Shown: one piece after another, positions 61,884 through 64,000 of the stretch
Position numbering within the stretch: the first letter of the stretch is position 1
Layout of the letters: every line of letters begins with the position of its first letter
Assembly: GCA_020356105.1 (NCBI GenBank)
Contig: CP070634.1
Coordinates: forward strand, 3,242,465 to 3,306,464
Source: Rhodospirillales bacterium
GTDB taxonomy: Bacteria; Pseudomonadota; Alphaproteobacteria; UBA8366; JADFVY01
Direction of reading: 5' to 3'
DNA length: 64,000 nucleotides
Notes under the pieces: model-generated
Database searches by the model: none
What the model was told of the DNA's origin: nothing
The model's input: the letters and a program-made list of their open reading frames with translations, nothing else
Translations under genes and position numbers: made by a program

Positions 61884-62743
61884 CCATCGCCGGTCCGCCC
61901 GTCCTGCATCTGTCGGCGCCGGCCAAGATCAACCTGTATCTTCATGTGACGGGCCGCCGCGACGACTATCATCTGCTGGATAGCCTGGTGGTGTTTGCCG
62001 GTCTGGCCGACGGCATCGAGTTGTCGCCATCCCAAGCGATCGAGATCGTCATTTGCGGCCCGTTCGCCGATGCTGCGGGACTGCCGGAAGAGAACCTCGC
62101 GCTCAAGGCCGCGCGCGCGCTGGCGTCGGCGGCAGAAATCACCGCCGGCGTGCGCATCCGATTGACCAAGCGCATTCCGGTCGCTGCGGGCCTGGGTGGC
62201 GGTTCCGCAGATGCGGCTGCGGTGCTGACCGGGCTGATGCGCCTGTGGTCCGTGCCGCGCGATGCGGTCGATCTGGCCTCGATTGGTGTACGGCTCGGCG
62301 CTGATGTCCCGGCCTGTCTTGCCGGGCGGCCTGTCTTCGTCGGCGGAATCGGCGATCAGCTTGCCGCGGCGCCACGGCTGCCCGAGGCCGGGCTGTTGCT
62401 GGTCAACCCGGGAGTCGAATTGGCCACCGCATCCGTCTTCGCCGGCCGGCGCGGCGGGTTCTCGCCGGCCGCCCGGTTCGATGCAACGCCGTCATCGGCA
62501 GCGGAGTTGGCCGACATTCTTGCGGCCCGGAGCAATGACCTGACCGAGCCGGCGCGTCGCCTGGCGCCGGTGATCGATGACGTGCTGGAGTCGATCCGGC
62601 GGGCGCCCGGTTGCCGGCTCGCCCGCATGAGCGGCTCCGGCGCCACCTGTTTCGGGCTGTTCGACGACATGACGGCTGCCGCTGCGGCGCGTGCGTCGAT
62701 CCACTGCGGTGACTGGTGGGTCGCGGCGACGGCGCTGACCTGA
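61778..62743 (+). CDS. ispE: 4-(cytidine 5'-diphospho)-2-C-methyl-D-erythritol kinase (start codon uncertain)
   Basis: SAPAKINLYLHVTGRRDDYHLLDSLVVF… and the GHMP motif PVAAGLGGGSADAAA. The conserved core begins near 61900. The only canonical in-frame starts are GTG 61778 and TTG 61742, both inside the upstream gene. Confidence 0.85.
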   Translation: MAPRPGARTGGRSAAADRAEAEGRSAAAGRQGRGVTIAGPPVLHLSAPAKINLYLHVTGRRDDYHLLDSLVVFAGLADGIELSPSQAIEIVICGPFADAAGLPEENLALKAARALASAAEITAGVRIRLTKRIPVAAGLGGGSADAAAVLTGLMRLWSVPRDAVDLASIGVRLGADVPACLAGRPVFVGGIGDQLAAAPRLPEAGLLLVNPGVELATASVFAGRRGGFSPAARFDATPSSAAELADILAARSNDLTEPARRLAPVIDDVLESIRRAPGCRLARMSGSGATCFGLFDDMTAAAAARASIHCGDWWVAATALT

Positions 62744-62753
62744 TCGGCCGATT

Positions 62754-64000
62754 TCAGGATCCGGACCGCACGGTCCGCTTCGCGGGTAGGGTGACCAAAA
62801 CCCGGGTTCCCTGTCCAGGCGCGCTGTCGATGCGCATCCGACCCTGATGCTGCTTGGCAAGTGCCCGGACAAGCGACAGGCCGAGACCGCTGCCCTCGCG
62901 CATCCGCGAGGAAACGTTCTCGAGCTGAACGAAGGGCTCCATCGCGCGCCCGATCTCTTCGGCCGACATTCCAGGGCCGTTGTCGACCACCTCCATACGA
63001 AGACCGCCACCCGACGTGAGGCCGGCCCGAACCTCGATCCGGCCGCCGCGCGGCGCGAACTGCATCGCGTTCGACAAGAGGTTGATCAGGATCTGCTTCA
63101 GCTTGCGGGCATCGGCCCTGATCACCGGGCCGCGCTTCGGAATGTCGACTTGAAACGCGATCCCGGCACCCGCCACGCGCTCCTCGACCAGACGAATGCA
63201 GGATTTGACGAGGCTGGGAATACGGACGTCCTCTTCGCGCAGCTCCGCCTTGCCCGCCTCGATCTTCGACAGGTCGAGAATATCGCTGATTAGCGCGAGC
63301 AGATGTAGCCCACTCGCATGGATGTCGCGCGCGTATTCGATGTAGCGTGGGTCGACCGTGCCGAACATTTCGCCGGAAATGATTTCGGAAAAGCCGAGGA
63401 TCGCGTTAAGGGGGGTCCGCAGCTCGTGGCTCATATTGGCGAGGAATTCGGTCTTTGCGCGGCTGGCGACCTCGGCCTGCTCCTTCGCCGCCACCAATTC
63501 GGCTTCGCGTTCCATCTGCTCGGTGATGTCGCGCCGGATCAGGATCGTGCCGCCTTCGCGGGTCGGGTACTCCTCGACCTGCGCCCAGCGGCCGTTGCGC
63601 AGGCGATGAACCCGCTTCGAAGGCGGGTTGCGATGTGCTTCGAGACGCTGCCGGAGAAACGCTTCTCGGTCCTCCGGCGCGACATCGTAGTAGCCGCGCA
63701 TCGCGATCTCGCGGACGAACTCCTCGAAGTTGAGGCCCGGCTTGAGGACGCCCGGCATATTTGCCTCGATGGCGCGCTGGAAGATCTGGTTGTAGATGAT
63801 CAGCCGATCCTCCGAATCGCACAGGCAGATCGCCTCGGAGGTGGTGTCCAGAGCGTCGAGGAACCGGTGCTGAAGCGTCTTGTGCGCCTGCCGTTCGAGG
63901 ACCTCGCCGGTCTCGTCGGTGGTGACGCCGCGGAATCCCTTAAACGCGCCGTCCGTATCGAAAATCGGCTTGCCGCTGACCCGCAGGTAACGGCGGCGGT
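62754..64000 (-). CDS. PAS-domain sensor histidine kinase (5' end beyond window)
   Basis: H-box MSHELRTPLNAILGFSE and ATPase boxes LLSNAMQF, VVDNGPGM, GSGLGLSLV. The frame stays open upstream of the track ATG (63758) to position 64000, encoding PAS-like …YLRVSGKPIFDTDGAFKGFRGVTTDE…. Confidence 0.9.
   Translation of the reverse strand, partial: RRRYLRVSGKPIFDTDGAFKGFRGVTTDETGEVLERQAHKTLQHRFLDALDTTSEAICLCDSEDRLIIYNQIFQRAIEANMPGVLKPGLNFEEFVREIAMRGYYDVAPEDREAFLRQRLEAHRNPPSKRVHRLRNGRWAQVEEYPTREGGTILIRRDITEQMEREAELVAAKEQAEVASRAKTEFLANMSHELRTPLNAILGFSEIISGEMFGTVDPRYIEYARDIHASGLHLLALISDILDLSKIEAGKAELREEDVRIPSLVKSCIRLVEERVAGAGIAFQVDIPKRGPVIRADARKLKQILINLLSNAMQFAPRGGRIEVRAGLTSGGGLRMEVVDNGPGMSAEEIGRAMEPFVQLENVSSRMREGSGLGLSLVRALAKQHQGRMRIDSAPGQGTRVLVTLPAKRTVRSGS

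Overview
This is a GC-rich chromosomal core region that looks alphaproteobacterial. Markers for that call are CcrM, plant-type GshA, an atpI-B-E-F'-F F0 operon, a DUF721/DciA-type protein, and an aa3 oxidase cluster coxB-ctaD-ctaB-smallORF-ctaG-ctaE-DUF983-SURF1. About 66 protein-coding genes are tightly packed on both strands, many with 4-nt stop/start overlaps. Functions are housekeeping: ubiquinone (ubiA, ubiD), MEP pathway (ispH, ispE), Thr/Leu synthesis (thrB, thrC, leuA), respiration, ATP synthase F0, SMC, DNA repair and maintenance (mutY, udg, rnhA, rnhB, ccrM), envelope redox (ScsB/DsbD-like, two DsbA-like, Prx5) and peptidases (PmbA, TldD, M16, M32, Pip). I saw no rRNA, tRNA, CRISPR array, transposase, integrase, phage or recognisable defence genes. 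I do not see a convincing novel multi-gene system, and the synteny is ordinary. Items worth a second look are small-scale:
- an untracked 58-codon ORF inside the cox cluster
- two perfect TTAA-N7-TTAAC (CtrA-type) boxes, both intergenic
- an apparently leaderless ccrM promoter carrying GANTC sites and palindromes
- a Leu-rich mini-ORF with competing hairpins ahead of leuA
- a 26-codon upstream ORF overlapping the start of an uncharacterised GGCT-like gene
- a 12-bp perfect inverted repeat in the 5' region of a cation/proton antiporter
- an ispE gene with no canonical start near its conserved N-terminus
- a poorly understood rSAM / kinase-like / GT2 / DUF2064 neighbourhood
All calls rest on my own reading and translation plus family knowledge from memory. 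No searches or folding programs were run.
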